64,000 bases of DNA from NCBI GenBank assembly GCA_900548675.1, contig URLJ01000005.1, forward strand, positions 4,412 to 68,411, written 5' to 3'. This document shows, piece after piece, positions 47,922 to 58,138 of this stretch. A program made the position numbers and the translations under genes. This DNA comes from an uncultured Mollicutes bacterium. Lineage in GTDB: Bacteria; Bacillota_I; Bacilli_A; ML615J-28; CAG-313. Each line of letters starts with the position of its first letter. Positions within the stretch are counted from its first letter, which is position 1. A model generated the notes under the pieces. The model was not told the origin of the DNA and did not search any database. It saw only the letters and a list, made by a program, of their open reading frames with translations.

Positions 47922-48782
47922 TTAAATTAATGTAGTTATGTTTTCCATTTCTCTCAAATCAAGATTCTCCATCGCGTGGGTGAAATCTAACAAATCTACT
48001 GTTTGATTAAGTTTTTCACTTAAATACTCTTTTAAAATTTCGGCATACTGATTTTTTTTATAATTCGTGACATTCTCATTAAATATTATCAGCAAATCTA
48101 CATCACTCGTTAGTGATGTTTTTTCTTTTGCGTATGAGCCATATAAATAAAGTTTTTTTACACCATATTTGTTCTTTATAACTGAAACATTTTCTTCAAT
48201 CGTTTTTATTATTTTTTCTTTATTTAGTGTTGGTGATGCTTTAAATGGTTTATTCGTCGCTTCCATTTCCATATATATATACATTAGTTTATCTATATTT
48301 TTTTCTTTAATTGCTTTAAAATAAGGTTTATACACATATTCATATGGTATCACTACATTTCTCTTCTTCTTAAGCATCACTAAATTTGCGATCATAAAAG
48401 CAAATTCTATTTTTCTTGTTCTTACATTTTTTAATACCTCTAAATGCATAAGGGCTGCTAGATAGTGTGAAGATTCATCATAATTTCGGTAATAGGTTTC
48501 TAAGATATTTTTAATTTTTGCCTCCCTTAACATTTTCCCTGTTAATAAGTAATATGCGCGTTTTATGATGGTTGTACTAAGTATTTGGTTTTTATTATTT
48601 ATGATATATAAATAGGCTTCAGCGAAACTTTTGACTTCAAGTTCTGCTTTGGTTTCTGCTTTATAATTATCTAATATAATGAGTTTTGCACGCTCATGAG
48701 GTAAATCAATTTTTTTCATTTTAGATACATATTCAACCAATCGATAAAAAAATTTTATTTCCATTTCATTATTTACTATCAT
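47922..48782 (-). CDS. Nucleotidyltransferase (MNT)-domain protein with ~200-aa N-terminal helical domain
   Basis: C-terminal LYLYGSYAKEKTSLTSDVDLLIIF (GS...DxD). Probable start MIVNNEM at 48782, 3 nt after the holin stop; the ORF track extends to 48878. Confidence 0.6.
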   Translation of the reverse strand: MIVNNEMEIKFFYRLVEYVSKMKKIDLPHERAKLIILDNYKAETKAELEVKSFAEAYLYIINNKNQILSTTIIKRAYYLLTGKMLREAKIKNILETYYRNYDESSHYLAALMHLEVLKNVRTRKIEFAFMIANLVMLKKKRNVVIPYEYVYKPYFKAIKEKNIDKLMYIYMEMEATNKPFKASPTLNKEKIIKTIEENVSVIKNKYGVKKLYLYGSYAKEKTSLTSDVDLLIIFNENVTNYKKNQYAEILKEYLSEKLNQTVDLLDFTHAMENLDLREMENITTLI

Positions 48783-48787
48783 TATTT

Positions 48788-49072
48788 TTATTCTCCTTTC
48801 TTTTTTATTTGTTTTACTATTTGATTTGAACCAGTAGAACAAGACCCACTCATTATTCCTATTTCTAAGGCTATCCACATATTTTCAACATCAAATATCA
48901 TTTTAGGGTCTGTTATATATATCACTACTCCCATTACTCCTCCACATAGTGCTACTAGTATGGGAATTATTTTATACCATTCTTTTTTATTTTTAAATAT
49001 TACTTTGTATATCTCTCCTATGATATAACAACACCCTGCAATAATTGGTACACTCAGATAATTCATTTTCAT
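48788..49072 (-). CDS. Holin-like small membrane protein
   Basis: 94 aa, 2-3 TM helices, charged C-terminus (KQIKKKGE). Follows the XhlA-like gene as in PBSX xhlA-xhlB. Confidence 0.6.
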   Translation of the reverse strand: MKMNYLSVPIIAGCCYIIGEIYKVIFKNKKEWYKIIPILVALCGGVMGVVIYITDPKMIFDVENMWIALEIGIMSGSCSTGSNQIVKQIKKKGE

Positions 49073-49089
49073 CTCTCCTTTCTTATTTC

Positions 49090-49389
49090 CTAAGTGTCAT
49101 CTTTTTTGTAGAATTCATCAACTCTTTTCGTCACATTTGAAACTGACTCTTCCACTTTCGCGAGCCTTTCGGCGATGTTCCGATCTCGCTCTTCGACTTT
49201 CCCTAAGTTTTTTTCTACCCTATCAACACAAGCTTTGATATATCCGATGTCTGAAAACATTACCCCTTCTGTCTTCCCATCACTTTTTTGGCTTTCATTG
49301 TTGCTCCTTTTAAACGCTAAATATGCAAACACTATGCTTGATATTGACGCGATAAAACTACCTAGGGTTATTACCATTTCGATATTCAT
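49090..49389 (-). CDS. XhlA-like membrane protein (TM plus coiled coil)
   Basis: Start MNIEMVITLGSF with AGGGGG RBS. One TM then a coiled coil (VDRVEKNLGKVEERDRNIAERLAKVEESVSNVTKRVDEF). The ORF track extends to 49464. Confidence 0.55.
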   Translation of the reverse strand: MNIEMVITLGSFIASISSIVFAYLAFKRSNNESQKSDGKTEGVMFSDIGYIKACVDRVEKNLGKVEERDRNIAERLAKVEESVSNVTKRVDEFYKKDDT

Positions 49390-49583
49390 TTTTATCACCC
49401 CCTTAACTAAAAAAATAATATAATTTGTAAAAATATGGTTTTTTTGGTAGAATATAAGTACCAATGCTTATAGTTTTACACCAATTAACCACGCTAAAAT
49501 TATATCTTGGAAATTAAAAAAGACCGGTCCAAATCGGTCCAGATTTCGGTCCTTTTCGGATCAGGGGGAGTTAGGAGAGTAAT

Positions 49584-50558
49584 ATGAATTTAAAAAATTA
49601 TGTTGACATGATTATCAAATTAAAAGTTGAACCTAGAAAAAGTGACTTTTTATGTTCAATAGTAGAGGCTTTTATCAGAGACCCTTTCACTACTGAAATC
49701 GTTGAAAACCCTTTGTTAAAGTATGAAAACAACAATACTTTAAGAGCTATCTGTAATGGTAATAAATCACTTAGTAAAACTTGTGCTAGTGAATTATCCA
49801 ACCTTTATGATAAAGATAAAATGATGAATTTCTTTTATAATCGGACAAATGATTTTGAAGATTTTAAACAAACTATTCTTAAGTTTGGGTTTGAAATTGA
49901 ACGTAATGAAGAAAATGATGAAGATATACCTGCTACCTTAGCCGATTTACTCGCTAAAATATTTATTGATATATCTAATGGCTTTAAAGAAACTTATCCA
50001 CCACTTAAAAAAGTTAATATTCATAGTTTAGATAAAGATGCTTTCAAAGATCTTTATATAAGTGAAGAATTTCTTCATATCAATGGACAAGCTATCGCCT
50101 TACCTGAGCATTTTATGGATGTAACTTCTAAAAATACTGATGACCTTTTATATGTAACAGAACTTTTCAAAGTATATAGTGAGTTAAGCGGTAAAGATAT
50201 TAAAAGCGTTGCTGATCTTAAACTTTATCCTAAATTTATTGAACATTTCATTGAACAAAAAAGGTGTTACTATAAAGCAGAAGCAGCGTGCACGCTAGCT
50301 AAAATCCTATTTTCTGATGGTGATAAACATTTTGATATCTTAAAAGATGAAATCTTTAGCTCTGTATATGAAACATTTTTTGACCTTTCCTTAAAGGGAG
50401 GTTATCAAAGATTAAAAAACGTTTTAGAAATGGTTGTTAAAGCCAATCTAAATAATTCATTGTTGTTAAAAATTTCTGGTTTTATTACGGCTAAAGAAAA
50501 AAAAGGAATATGTCACATCTTAATTAATGAACGGCGCCTTAAGTCGTGGACTAAATAG
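49584..50558 (+). CDS. Hypothetical protein (324 aa)
   Basis: Long plus-strand ORF with GGAG RBS. No recognisable motif. Confidence 0.5.
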   Translation: MNLKNYVDMIIKLKVEPRKSDFLCSIVEAFIRDPFTTEIVENPLLKYENNNTLRAICNGNKSLSKTCASELSNLYDKDKMMNFFYNRTNDFEDFKQTILKFGFEIERNEENDEDIPATLADLLAKIFIDISNGFKETYPPLKKVNIHSLDKDAFKDLYISEEFLHINGQAIALPEHFMDVTSKNTDDLLYVTELFKVYSELSGKDIKSVADLKLYPKFIEHFIEQKRCYYKAEAACTLAKILFSDGDKHFDILKDEIFSSVYETFFDLSLKGGYQRLKNVLEMVVKANLNNSLLLKISGFITAKEKKGICHILINERRLKSWTK

Positions 50559-50725
50559 ATTATATTATCTACTTCAAAATATACGCAAAAAAAATATGTG
50601 GAGTTTATATTTCCACATATATGATACAAATGATAAAATTAAAAAGTATGGCTAGATTTTAAAGATTAAGCTATTAATAAATATAAATAAAAACTACTAC
50701 CATTAAATAATGGTAGTAGTTTTTA

Positions 50726-51217
50726 CTATTTGTTAACAAGACTATCTAATAGAGTGTTAATGTCTGATGGCGTTTTTTTAGTTGAACTAGTATTAACCGC
50801 ATTATTTTCAATTAATAAAAGCATTGGAACATCATTGTCAAAATCACCATCTAATTCTTTACTGATAATGTCTTTTAAACTATTACGATATTTTAAAATA
50901 TAAATTTTTTTAGCTTCTTTATCTTTTTTTGTATAATTGGCATACTCTAAAACTGATTTTTTAATTATATTGCTTTTGTAACTATCTTCTTGGTATATTA
51001 AAACATAGTAACTATTCGATGAGTTTTTAGGCTTTTCTTTAAGAAAAGAAGTCGCTGTTGTTTCTTTTAAATCTTTGATTTCTTTATAATCAAATGGTTT
51101 AGCAATTAGAATAATTGATGTTGTCAAAATAGCTACGAAAATAACTATTAGTGTGATAACATAAAATAACGACATCTTATTAATTTTTTTATTATTTTTA
51201 TTAACAATATTACTCAT
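50726..51217 (-). CDS. Membrane-anchored hypothetical protein
   Basis: N-terminal TM (LFYVITLIVIFVAILTTSIILIA), 163 aa. Confidence 0.45.
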   Translation of the reverse strand: MSNIVNKNNKKINKMSLFYVITLIVIFVAILTTSIILIAKPFDYKEIKDLKETTATSFLKEKPKNSSNSYYVLIYQEDSYKSNIIKKSVLEYANYTKKDKEAKKIYILKYRNSLKDIISKELDGDFDNDVPMLLLIENNAVNTSSTKKTPSDINTLLDSLVNK

Positions 51218-51234
51218 ATATTTCTTTCCTTTTA

Positions 51235-51702
51235 CTATTTAATTTCTTTTTTTATGGCTGTTGCTCCGTCAAAAACTTCTACTATTTTACCTTTTTTTAT
51301 CTTTATTAACACCGGTGAAGTTACTATTTTAACTTGATTGTAATCGGTTGCGTTAAGAGGTATCGTATTTTTACAATTATCTGTTGTAAAACATTTCCCT
51401 TTAATACCTTGATTTCGTTCTTCACTTGTATTAACTGTGTATACTCTAAATTTACCTGTATTATAATAATTAACAACTAAATCTTCAAGTGAAGCACAAA
51501 CTTCACAACCATTACGGTGGATATATATATAATATACCCTCTCTTCCATACTTAACATTTGTTTATATCCAATATGTTCCATCGTACTATAATCTGTAGC
51601 TTTTACTTGATCCTTATGATCATAACTACAGCTTGTACTAAGTACTAATAAAAAAATAATAGTTAAAGTAAGGAGAAAAGATTTAATACTTTTTTCACTC
51701 AT
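51235..51702 (-). CDS. Thioredoxin-fold lipoprotein (CxxC)
   Basis: Lipoprotein signal (LVLSTSCS). CEVC motif in the YIYIHRNGCEVCASLEDL context. Confidence 0.55.
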   Translation of the reverse strand: MSEKSIKSFLLTLTIIFLLVLSTSCSYDHKDQVKATDYSTMEHIGYKQMLSMEERVYYIYIHRNGCEVCASLEDLVVNYYNTGKFRVYTVNTSEERNQGIKGKCFTTDNCKNTIPLNATDYNQVKIVTSPVLIKIKKGKIVEVFDGATAIKKEIK

Positions 51703-51768
51703 AACATCACCTACTTTAACTATTATAACACATTTTTATAATTTATTCAACTAATTGATTATGTTTTG

Positions 51769-52764
51769 TTATTTTTCTTTAGCGGTTAGTAAAGAATCAC
51801 CAATTTTAATCATTTCTAAACTAGATAAAACATTTGAAGCAATCGTATATTCTAATCCTTGTTGGTAGAAGAAAACATTATTATCGTTAACAACTATGAC
51901 GCCATCTCCCATTACGATTATATCTCCTTCGATATATGTGGTCGCTACTTCATCACCTTTTGTCACAAATTCTTCAACGATTGTAAATGAAGTTGTTGGA
52001 CCATAATTCATTATTGCTGAAGTCGCACTAACATTCTCTTCTTTTAGGCTAACCCCTTCTGGAAAGTATGTTGGATAAGTTATCGAGCGTTCAAAATGTT
52101 CTTCAGCATCAACATATGTGAGGGCTACAGACTCAAGTACAGTTTTAGCATTAAAAATATCACTATTAAATTCAATATCCGTTTTTACATCGGTTACAAC
52201 AAACCGTGTTATTAGTTTTTTGTTTTCATCGTAAACTTGCACTTCATCAGGATATCCTGTTTCTTTATTAAAAACAATTATTTGTGTACTTGGTAAAGCA
52301 TTTTCGTGCATTTGGGCCTTTAATTCTACTGCTTGCTTGCCATCTACTTCCTTTTTTATTCTTGCTTCATCCTTAACAATATCATTAGCGAGTGATTGGA
52401 AAATATATGGATATGATGAAGCATTAGGCCATTCACTTTTAATTTGAAAAGTTTTATTCAAACTAGGAATTAAAACACTTACTCCTTCGCTATTTTTAAT
52501 AATTATTTGTTTATCATTCATATTGACATTATCAATTTCCACACGATAATTGTTTGGTTTTTGATAATATGAAGTAATTAAACATTCTTTTGTTCCACTT
52601 GGGAAAATGGTATATAATTTACCAGTAATTTTGTAACTATTAAGTTTGGCAACTTTTTCAGGAAATGACTCAACTGTTTTAGTCTTTTTACCACATCCTG
52701 TTAAAGAAAAACACGATACCACCGCTATTAAAATTACAACTAAACTTATTATTCTTTTTTTCAT
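51769..52764 (-). CDS. Lipoprotein (LolA-like/DUF4367-type fold suspected)
   Basis: Signal peptide MKKRIISLVVILIAVVSCFSLTGCGKK; the ORF track extends to 52782. Confidence 0.5.
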   Translation of the reverse strand: MKKRIISLVVILIAVVSCFSLTGCGKKTKTVESFPEKVAKLNSYKITGKLYTIFPSGTKECLITSYYQKPNNYRVEIDNVNMNDKQIIIKNSEGVSVLIPSLNKTFQIKSEWPNASSYPYIFQSLANDIVKDEARIKKEVDGKQAVELKAQMHENALPSTQIIVFNKETGYPDEVQVYDENKKLITRFVVTDVKTDIEFNSDIFNAKTVLESVALTYVDAEEHFERSITYPTYFPEGVSLKEENVSATSAIMNYGPTTSFTIVEEFVTKGDEVATTYIEGDIIVMGDGVIVVNDNNVFFYQQGLEYTIASNVLSSLEMIKIGDSLLTAKEK

Positions 52765-52860
52765 TTTATTAACCTCCATCAATTAATGATATGATAAATT
52801 ATAATTCTTATGAATAAAACATTTAATATCGAAAAAAATAAATAATATAAGGAGGAATTT

Positions 52861-53115
52861 ATGAAAACATTAAAATTAACAGCTTTAATTATTATGATTA
52901 TTGGTGCTCTAAACTGGGGACTTATTGGTATGTTCAATTTTAATTTAGTTGCTTTTCTATTTGATGGTTTAAGTGTTGTAGTATCACGAATCGTTTATTC
53001 CCTTGTAGGAATTGCGGGAATTACAGCTCTTGTATGTTTGTTTGTACCAGATACTGATGTTGAACGTGATTATAGTGAGCATGATTATAAATTAAATAAA
53101 TTTGAACATGAATAA
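52861..53115 (+). CDS. DUF378 small membrane protein
   Basis: ALNWGLIGMF... motif typical of DUF378; 84 aa. Confidence 0.6.
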   Translation: MKTLKLTALIIMIIGALNWGLIGMFNFNLVAFLFDGLSVVVSRIVYSLVGIAGITALVCLFVPDTDVERDYSEHDYKLNKFEHE

Positions 53116-53149
53116 TTGAAATAAACGTAATACAATATTTGTATTACGT

Positions 53150-54094
53150 TTATTCTTTTTCTTTTTGAGAAATTATCATCTCATAGTATTTCATAATTTC
53201 ACTCATACAGTGACTAATCCCCGATTTGGACATATTTTTGCCAAGTATTTTATGGGAAAATTCACCTAACTCTGCCAAACTAGAATCTGGATATTCTTTT
53301 CTTAAACGTATTGCATCTTGAAGTCTTCCTGTCAGTTTAGAAGTTAAATTATGATCTTCTAAATATTTTATAGCTTCTAACTGTTTTTGACAATATTTCA
53401 GTGATTTACTACCATTGGCGATATCACAATTCATCGTTCTGTTAACGTTATTGGCTAAGTCACGATAGATACGGGAATCTTCGAAATAAAGAACACCAAC
53501 ACTCGCACCGATATACGCTAAGAATTTGGATATTTCTTCACTTTTTTTAATATATAAGAGCGTTTGATTTTTTCTAGTTGTCAGTTTCGACTCTATGTTA
53601 TTTTCGTTTAAGATTTTGGATACTAAAGATGCTATTTCGATTTTTCTAAATAATATTTCTAAATGATAACTACTTTTTTTAGGATCATTAACTGAACCTT
53701 TAGCGATAAATATACCTCTTACAAACGCAGATTTACAACATTCTCTTTCCAAAAGTTCATCATCTTCAACAACTGTGTCAAATGGCATAAGATGAAAATC
53801 ATTAATAATCTCCTCGGCTTTCTCATCTATTTCCATATAATAAACACGATAATTATTTAATCCTTTTTTAGCTAAATAAGATATTTCCGGACTTATATCA
53901 TAACCTTTTTTAAATTCTGGTAAAAGAAACCTTAAAAGACTAGGGAGATATGTTTTAATTACTACTTTTAGCTTGCGATTTGTAATTACTACCTCACTAC
54001 TACCTTGAAGAATTCCCGCCATCATAGCTTTTTTACAACAGGAAAACATATCAAGCCCCATAAGTTCTTTTTTTACATCACCCGCAAAAGACAT
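53150..54094 (-). CDS. whiA: DNA-binding protein WhiA
   Basis: SFAGDVKKELMGL N-terminus, LAGLIDADG-like internal region, C-terminal HTH; 314 aa. Confidence 0.8.
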   Translation of the reverse strand: MSFAGDVKKELMGLDMFSCCKKAMMAGILQGSSEVVITNRKLKVVIKTYLPSLLRFLLPEFKKGYDISPEISYLAKKGLNNYRVYYMEIDEKAEEIINDFHLMPFDTVVEDDELLERECCKSAFVRGIFIAKGSVNDPKKSSYHLEILFRKIEIASLVSKILNENNIESKLTTRKNQTLLYIKKSEEISKFLAYIGASVGVLYFEDSRIYRDLANNVNRTMNCDIANGSKSLKYCQKQLEAIKYLEDHNLTSKLTGRLQDAIRLRKEYPDSSLAELGEFSHKILGKNMSKSGISHCMSEIMKYYEMIISQKEKE

Positions 54095-54102
54095 TTTTGC
54101 CT

Positions 54103-55011
54103 CTACTTCTTAACAGCTTTGATGATTTCAACCGCTGCTTTAGTACCCATTCCAACCGCAACGCTTATTTGCTTAATAGCATCTTTTACAACATCTCCTG
54201 ATGCGAAAAGATTAGGTACAACTGTTAAAACCATATCAGTCGTTTTAATATAATTGGCATCATCTAATAGTTTATTATCATACTTTTTATTTAAATCATA
54301 AAGCATATTAGTAGCTGGAGATTTACCAATACTTATAAAGGCTCCATCAACTAATATTTCTCCTTCTTCTAAAATAATTTTTTCTAAATGTGTTTTTCCC
54401 TCAAAAGAGCGAGGTACTCCATTATGCATAATTATTTTAGGGCTAATTGAAGTAAGATTTTTTAATACTTGTTTTTCTGATATATCCATTAAATGAACTT
54501 CACTAGCGATATCAGTTAAGACCTGTAATTCTGTTTTAACTGATAAATCTTTGGCTATTAAGGCTACTTTTTGATCTTTATAAAGAGGTCCATCACAAAG
54601 AATGCAATAACTTATTCCTCTTTCATAAAATTTATCTTCATTAGGAATGCCTAGTTTTTTTTCAGCAATGCCCGTCGCAATCAGGATTGTTTTGGTCTTG
54701 AAGATTTCTGTTTTATCATACGATGATGCTTCAACCATAAACCCTTCATTATCTTGTATTATTTTAGTAACTGCATCACTATGGTATGGAATATTAGTAT
54801 CTGCGAGTTGATCGTTCATTTCAGTCGCAAGTTCCACTCCACTAATTGATCTGATGCCAGGATAGTTATTTATTTGATCAATGCTTATTATTTTGCCACC
54901 AGGGGCCGATTTTTCAAGCACTGCTGCATTTATTTTAGTTCTTGATAAAGTTATAGCAGCTGATATTCCTGCAGGTCCTGCGCCAATTATTAGGCAATCA
55001 TATTTTTCCAT
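54103..55011 (-). CDS. Thioredoxin reductase-like FAD-dependent oxidoreductase
   Basis: DCLIIGAGPAGISAA FAD motif, CILCDG redox-Cys region, ALIAKDLSV NAD(P)-site-like; 302 aa. Confidence 0.75.
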   Translation of the reverse strand: MEKYDCLIIGAGPAGISAAITLSRTKINAAVLEKSAPGGKIISIDQINNYPGIRSISGVELATEMNDQLADTNIPYHSDAVTKIIQDNEGFMVEASSYDKTEIFKTKTILIATGIAEKKLGIPNEDKFYERGISYCILCDGPLYKDQKVALIAKDLSVKTELQVLTDIASEVHLMDISEKQVLKNLTSISPKIIMHNGVPRSFEGKTHLEKIILEEGEILVDGAFISIGKSPATNMLYDLNKKYDNKLLDDANYIKTTDMVLTVVPNLFASGDVVKDAIKQISVAVGMGTKAAVEIIKAVKK

Positions 55012-55027
55012 TTTTTATTTAACCCCC

Positions 55028-55678
55028 TTATTTTAAGCATTCTAATATCTCGATGGGTTTATCAACGATATAATCAGCGTTTATTTTTTCAAATTCTTTT
55101 CTAGTTGTTTTACACCAGGTAACACCGATTGTTTTAAAAGTAGGGAAAACTTTTTTAACATTTTCACCACATAAAATATCAAAAGCCGTATCACCTACCA
55201 AATATCCTTCAGTAATATTCTCACTTTGGATAAATGTAATAAGTCCCGTAGCATCTGGTTTAGGTTTTGGTAATTGCTCAACACCTAAGATTTTATCAAA
55301 GTCATTTTCTAAATCATTAACTTCTAAACCTTTTTGAATAGCAGAAGTCACTTTATTAGATACGATCCCTAATTTATAACCTTTTACTTTTAATGCGGTG
55401 AGTAGTTCTTTAATACCTTTAAAGCTTCTTACATATTTTTCTTGCATATCACTACTTAATGCCCGGTAATAATTAACAAGTTTTTTTACCTCTTCTTCAT
55501 TTTTAGCATATCTTGCGAATGACTCATCAAGCAGTGGTCCAAAAAAACTATGAATTTCTTCAATCGTATAATGATAATTAGGTAATAAATCATCAAAAGT
55601 TTTTTTAGTTGCCATTTCAATCATTTTAAACGTATCCAAAATGGTTCCATCACAATCAAAGAAAACCCATTTATTCAT
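55028..55678 (-). CDS. HAD-superfamily hydrolase (PpaX/phosphatase-like)
   Basis: VFFDCDGTILDT motif I; GIVSNK motif. Confidence 0.7.
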   Translation of the reverse strand: MNKWVFFDCDGTILDTFKMIEMATKKTFDDLLPNYHYTIEEIHSFFGPLLDESFARYAKNEEEVKKLVNYYRALSSDMQEKYVRSFKGIKELLTALKVKGYKLGIVSNKVTSAIQKGLEVNDLENDFDKILGVEQLPKPKPDATGLITFIQSENITEGYLVGDTAFDILCGENVKKVFPTFKTIGVTWCKTTRKEFEKINADYIVDKPIEILECLK

Positions 55679-56873
55679 TTTTTTCCTCATTTATGTTTTC
55701 ACATTTAGATGCTTTTAATGCTTCCTTTTTAGCTTTTTTTAGAGCTTCTTCTTCAAACACTTTCTGAACTTTTGGTGGTATTACATCACCTTTCCAAATT
55801 ATACCACCTTCATAAAGGAATTCTCTTGAACTTACTAAATGGTATTTAAATACTCTACGCAAAATTATAAATGCTAAACCTAAGGCGAAATATATAACCG
55901 ATTGAATTTGTGCTATTTTAAAATTAACTCCAAAGATGGTTACTGGTAAAGCATCCGTTCTTAGAATTTCAATCAAAAAACGTAATACTCCGTACCACAT
56001 ACCATAGAAGCCAATCGCATCACCGACATAAAGCTTTTTAGAATGTTTTCTAATTAAAATGAAACCTACTGCACCAATTAAGTTAGGAACAGATTCAAAG
56101 AAAAATGTGGGATAGTAATAGCCACTTATTGCTTCGTTTGCCATATACATATTATCGATTATAAAACTTGGAACAAGCATATGTCTGAGAATTTCTCGTT
56201 GGTGAAAGAGTTCAGCATCCGTTAGAGCTTTTGTGTAACCGCCAACCAAAGGTCCATACGCTTCATGATTACAGAAATTTCCCCATCTACCTAATGCTTG
56301 AGCAAGCATAAAAACCGGTAGAACGATTTCAATTAATTCTAAAAATTTAATTTTTTTAATATAGCAATATATTATTATAAAAATGATTACCGCAAGAAGA
56401 GACCCGTGTATCGCAAGACCTCCAGTGGTTAAATCAAACAATTCTTTTAAACCATTTAAAACGCCTTGTTGCCAGTAAGCTTTAGAAAAAATAGAATCCA
56501 TGGTTTCAGGTGGAAAACTCATATAATATATTCTTCCTCCTAAAACACCAACTATTATTCCCCAGGTTACTCCCGTTGTAGTCGTATCCGAATCAAATTT
56601 CACTTTTCTTAGGAAAAAATAATATCCTAATAATGAACACACAAGTGCTCCACCAATTACAAATACCGCATACCATCTAATATTAAGTTTATCCGTTATT
56701 TTGATAAATATGGGATCGATTTGCTTAGGTACTGTATGAACTACATCGCTCGGTGCTTTATAAGTTAGACTCACAATTACATATATTAATAATAATAAAC
56801 CTATAAAACTTAGTACTACTATAGCTGTTATTTTTCGACTTCTCTTATCAGTTTCATCTAACATTTGATTCAT
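55671..56873 (-). CDS. lgt: Prolipoprotein diacylglyceryl transferase, N- and C-terminally extended
   Basis: GRWGNFCNHEAYG signature; ...GGRIYYM...HGSLLA. Confidence 0.8.
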   Translation of the reverse strand: MNQMLDETDKRSRKITAIVVLSFIGLLLLIYVIVSLTYKAPSDVVHTVPKQIDPIFIKITDKLNIRWYAVFVIGGALVCSLLGYYFFLRKVKFDSDTTTTGVTWGIIVGVLGGRIYYMSFPPETMDSIFSKAYWQQGVLNGLKELFDLTTGGLAIHGSLLAVIIFIIIYCYIKKIKFLELIEIVLPVFMLAQALGRWGNFCNHEAYGPLVGGYTKALTDAELFHQREILRHMLVPSFIIDNMYMANEAISGYYYPTFFFESVPNLIGAVGFILIRKHSKKLYVGDAIGFYGMWYGVLRFLIEILRTDALPVTIFGVNFKIAQIQSVIYFALGLAFIILRRVFKYHLVSSREFLYEGGIIWKGDVIPPKVQKVFEEEALKKAKKEALKASKCENINEEKNE

Positions 56874-56881
56874 AATTCCTC

Positions 56882-57454
56882 CTATTGGGTACGATTTTTA
56901 AAGATATTAAAATTTAAGTGAAGATAATTTATTAAGAAACGTTTCAAAATTGTTATAACAATAATCACTGGTATTAAAACAAATAAACTCCTACATTCGA
57001 CACCTGGCATAAAATAACAATATGCAACACTTCCGATAATCAATAATACTGAGATTGTTTGACCAAAAGTCATTAAGGCATAAAGAGGAAAGAAATAATA
57101 AATTATTTCACATGTCACAACCTCTATTAGCGTAAAACCAGCAAGATATATTAAAACTTTATAAAATGAATCAAAGGTAATAAAGGAAGTATATCCTAAA
57201 GCGGCTACAATAAGCCCCAAATTAAGGACTAAATAGATTAAGCAATTGATGATAGGATTTTTAACAAAGCGACTTACTAAATGTAATTTTGTACGTTTTT
57301 TACCATTTTCATCAATACTATTAATGAGATTTTGTAAATCCTCAAAATCTTTAATTTCTATTTTAGTTATTTCATTTTCAGCTTTTTCAATCTTTATTTT
57401 TTTAGGTGTTTCACGATCTTTTTGTTCTTTGTTAGGATCTTTTTCATTTAACAT
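56882..57454 (-). CDS. Hypothetical membrane protein
   Basis: Four predicted TM helices after a charged N-terminus. Confidence 0.45.
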   Translation of the reverse strand: MLNEKDPNKEQKDRETPKKIKIEKAENEITKIEIKDFEDLQNLINSIDENGKKRTKLHLVSRFVKNPIINCLIYLVLNLGLIVAALGYTSFITFDSFYKVLIYLAGFTLIEVVTCEIIYYFFPLYALMTFGQTISVLLIIGSVAYCYFMPGVECRSLFVLIPVIIVITILKRFLINYLHLNFNIFKNRTQ

Positions 57455-57485
57455 TTATATATCCTCCCATACACTTTTTATTAAA

Positions 57486-58088
57486 TTAAAATATATTTTT
57501 ATTTTGTGAAAGTTTCTCCGTTAATGGTATTGATAAGAAAACGATTCCTATCACAACACCAATCATATTACATATAATATCAATTATATCAAATACTCCA
57601 AGACGTAAAATATATTGTAAAGCCTCAAGCACAATAATTGTAACAATAGCTAATAGGATCTTTTTTATTAATCCTATTTTATTGAAACTAGAAAGAATAG
57701 CTCCAAGTGGTATAAAAAGTAAGATATTGCCTATTAAATTAATGAAGACTATTCTATTAGTAAAGATAAGATTTTTCCACTTGATAATATAATCGATATC
57801 ACTGATAATCTTTTCATTCAAACGCGATCTATTAAATAGAACTATTATAAGTAATAATGCATATACCGGCATTAATAAATAAATTATCTTTTGATACCCT
57901 AAAAACAAAAGAAATGTCATATATATTACCACACCAGTTAAAAAGAGCCAAATGATATATATCACTACTTTCTTTTTTAAAAAGAGGAGGGTATTTTGCC
58001 AATCTCTTGTTAAAAGCATAAGTATCAAGATAATTAAGATAATTGAAGTTGTTATTTTAATTATTTTCTTTACCATATTATACCACAC
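57486..58088 (-). CDS. VanZ-family membrane protein
   Basis: C-terminal EALQYILRLGVFDIIDIICNMIGVVIG matches the VanZ conserved pattern. Confidence 0.6.
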   Translation of the reverse strand: MWYNMVKKIIKITTSIILIILILMLLTRDWQNTLLFLKKKVVIYIIWLFLTGVVIYMTFLLFLGYQKIIYLLMPVYALLLIIVLFNRSRLNEKIISDIDYIIKWKNLIFTNRIVFINLIGNILLFIPLGAILSSFNKIGLIKKILLAIVTIIVLEALQYILRLGVFDIIDIICNMIGVVIGIVFLSIPLTEKLSQNKNIF

Positions 58089-58138
58089 TTATTTGAAAAA
58101 GTCTTCTATAAGTATAGTATTCTAATTGTTTAAAATAA

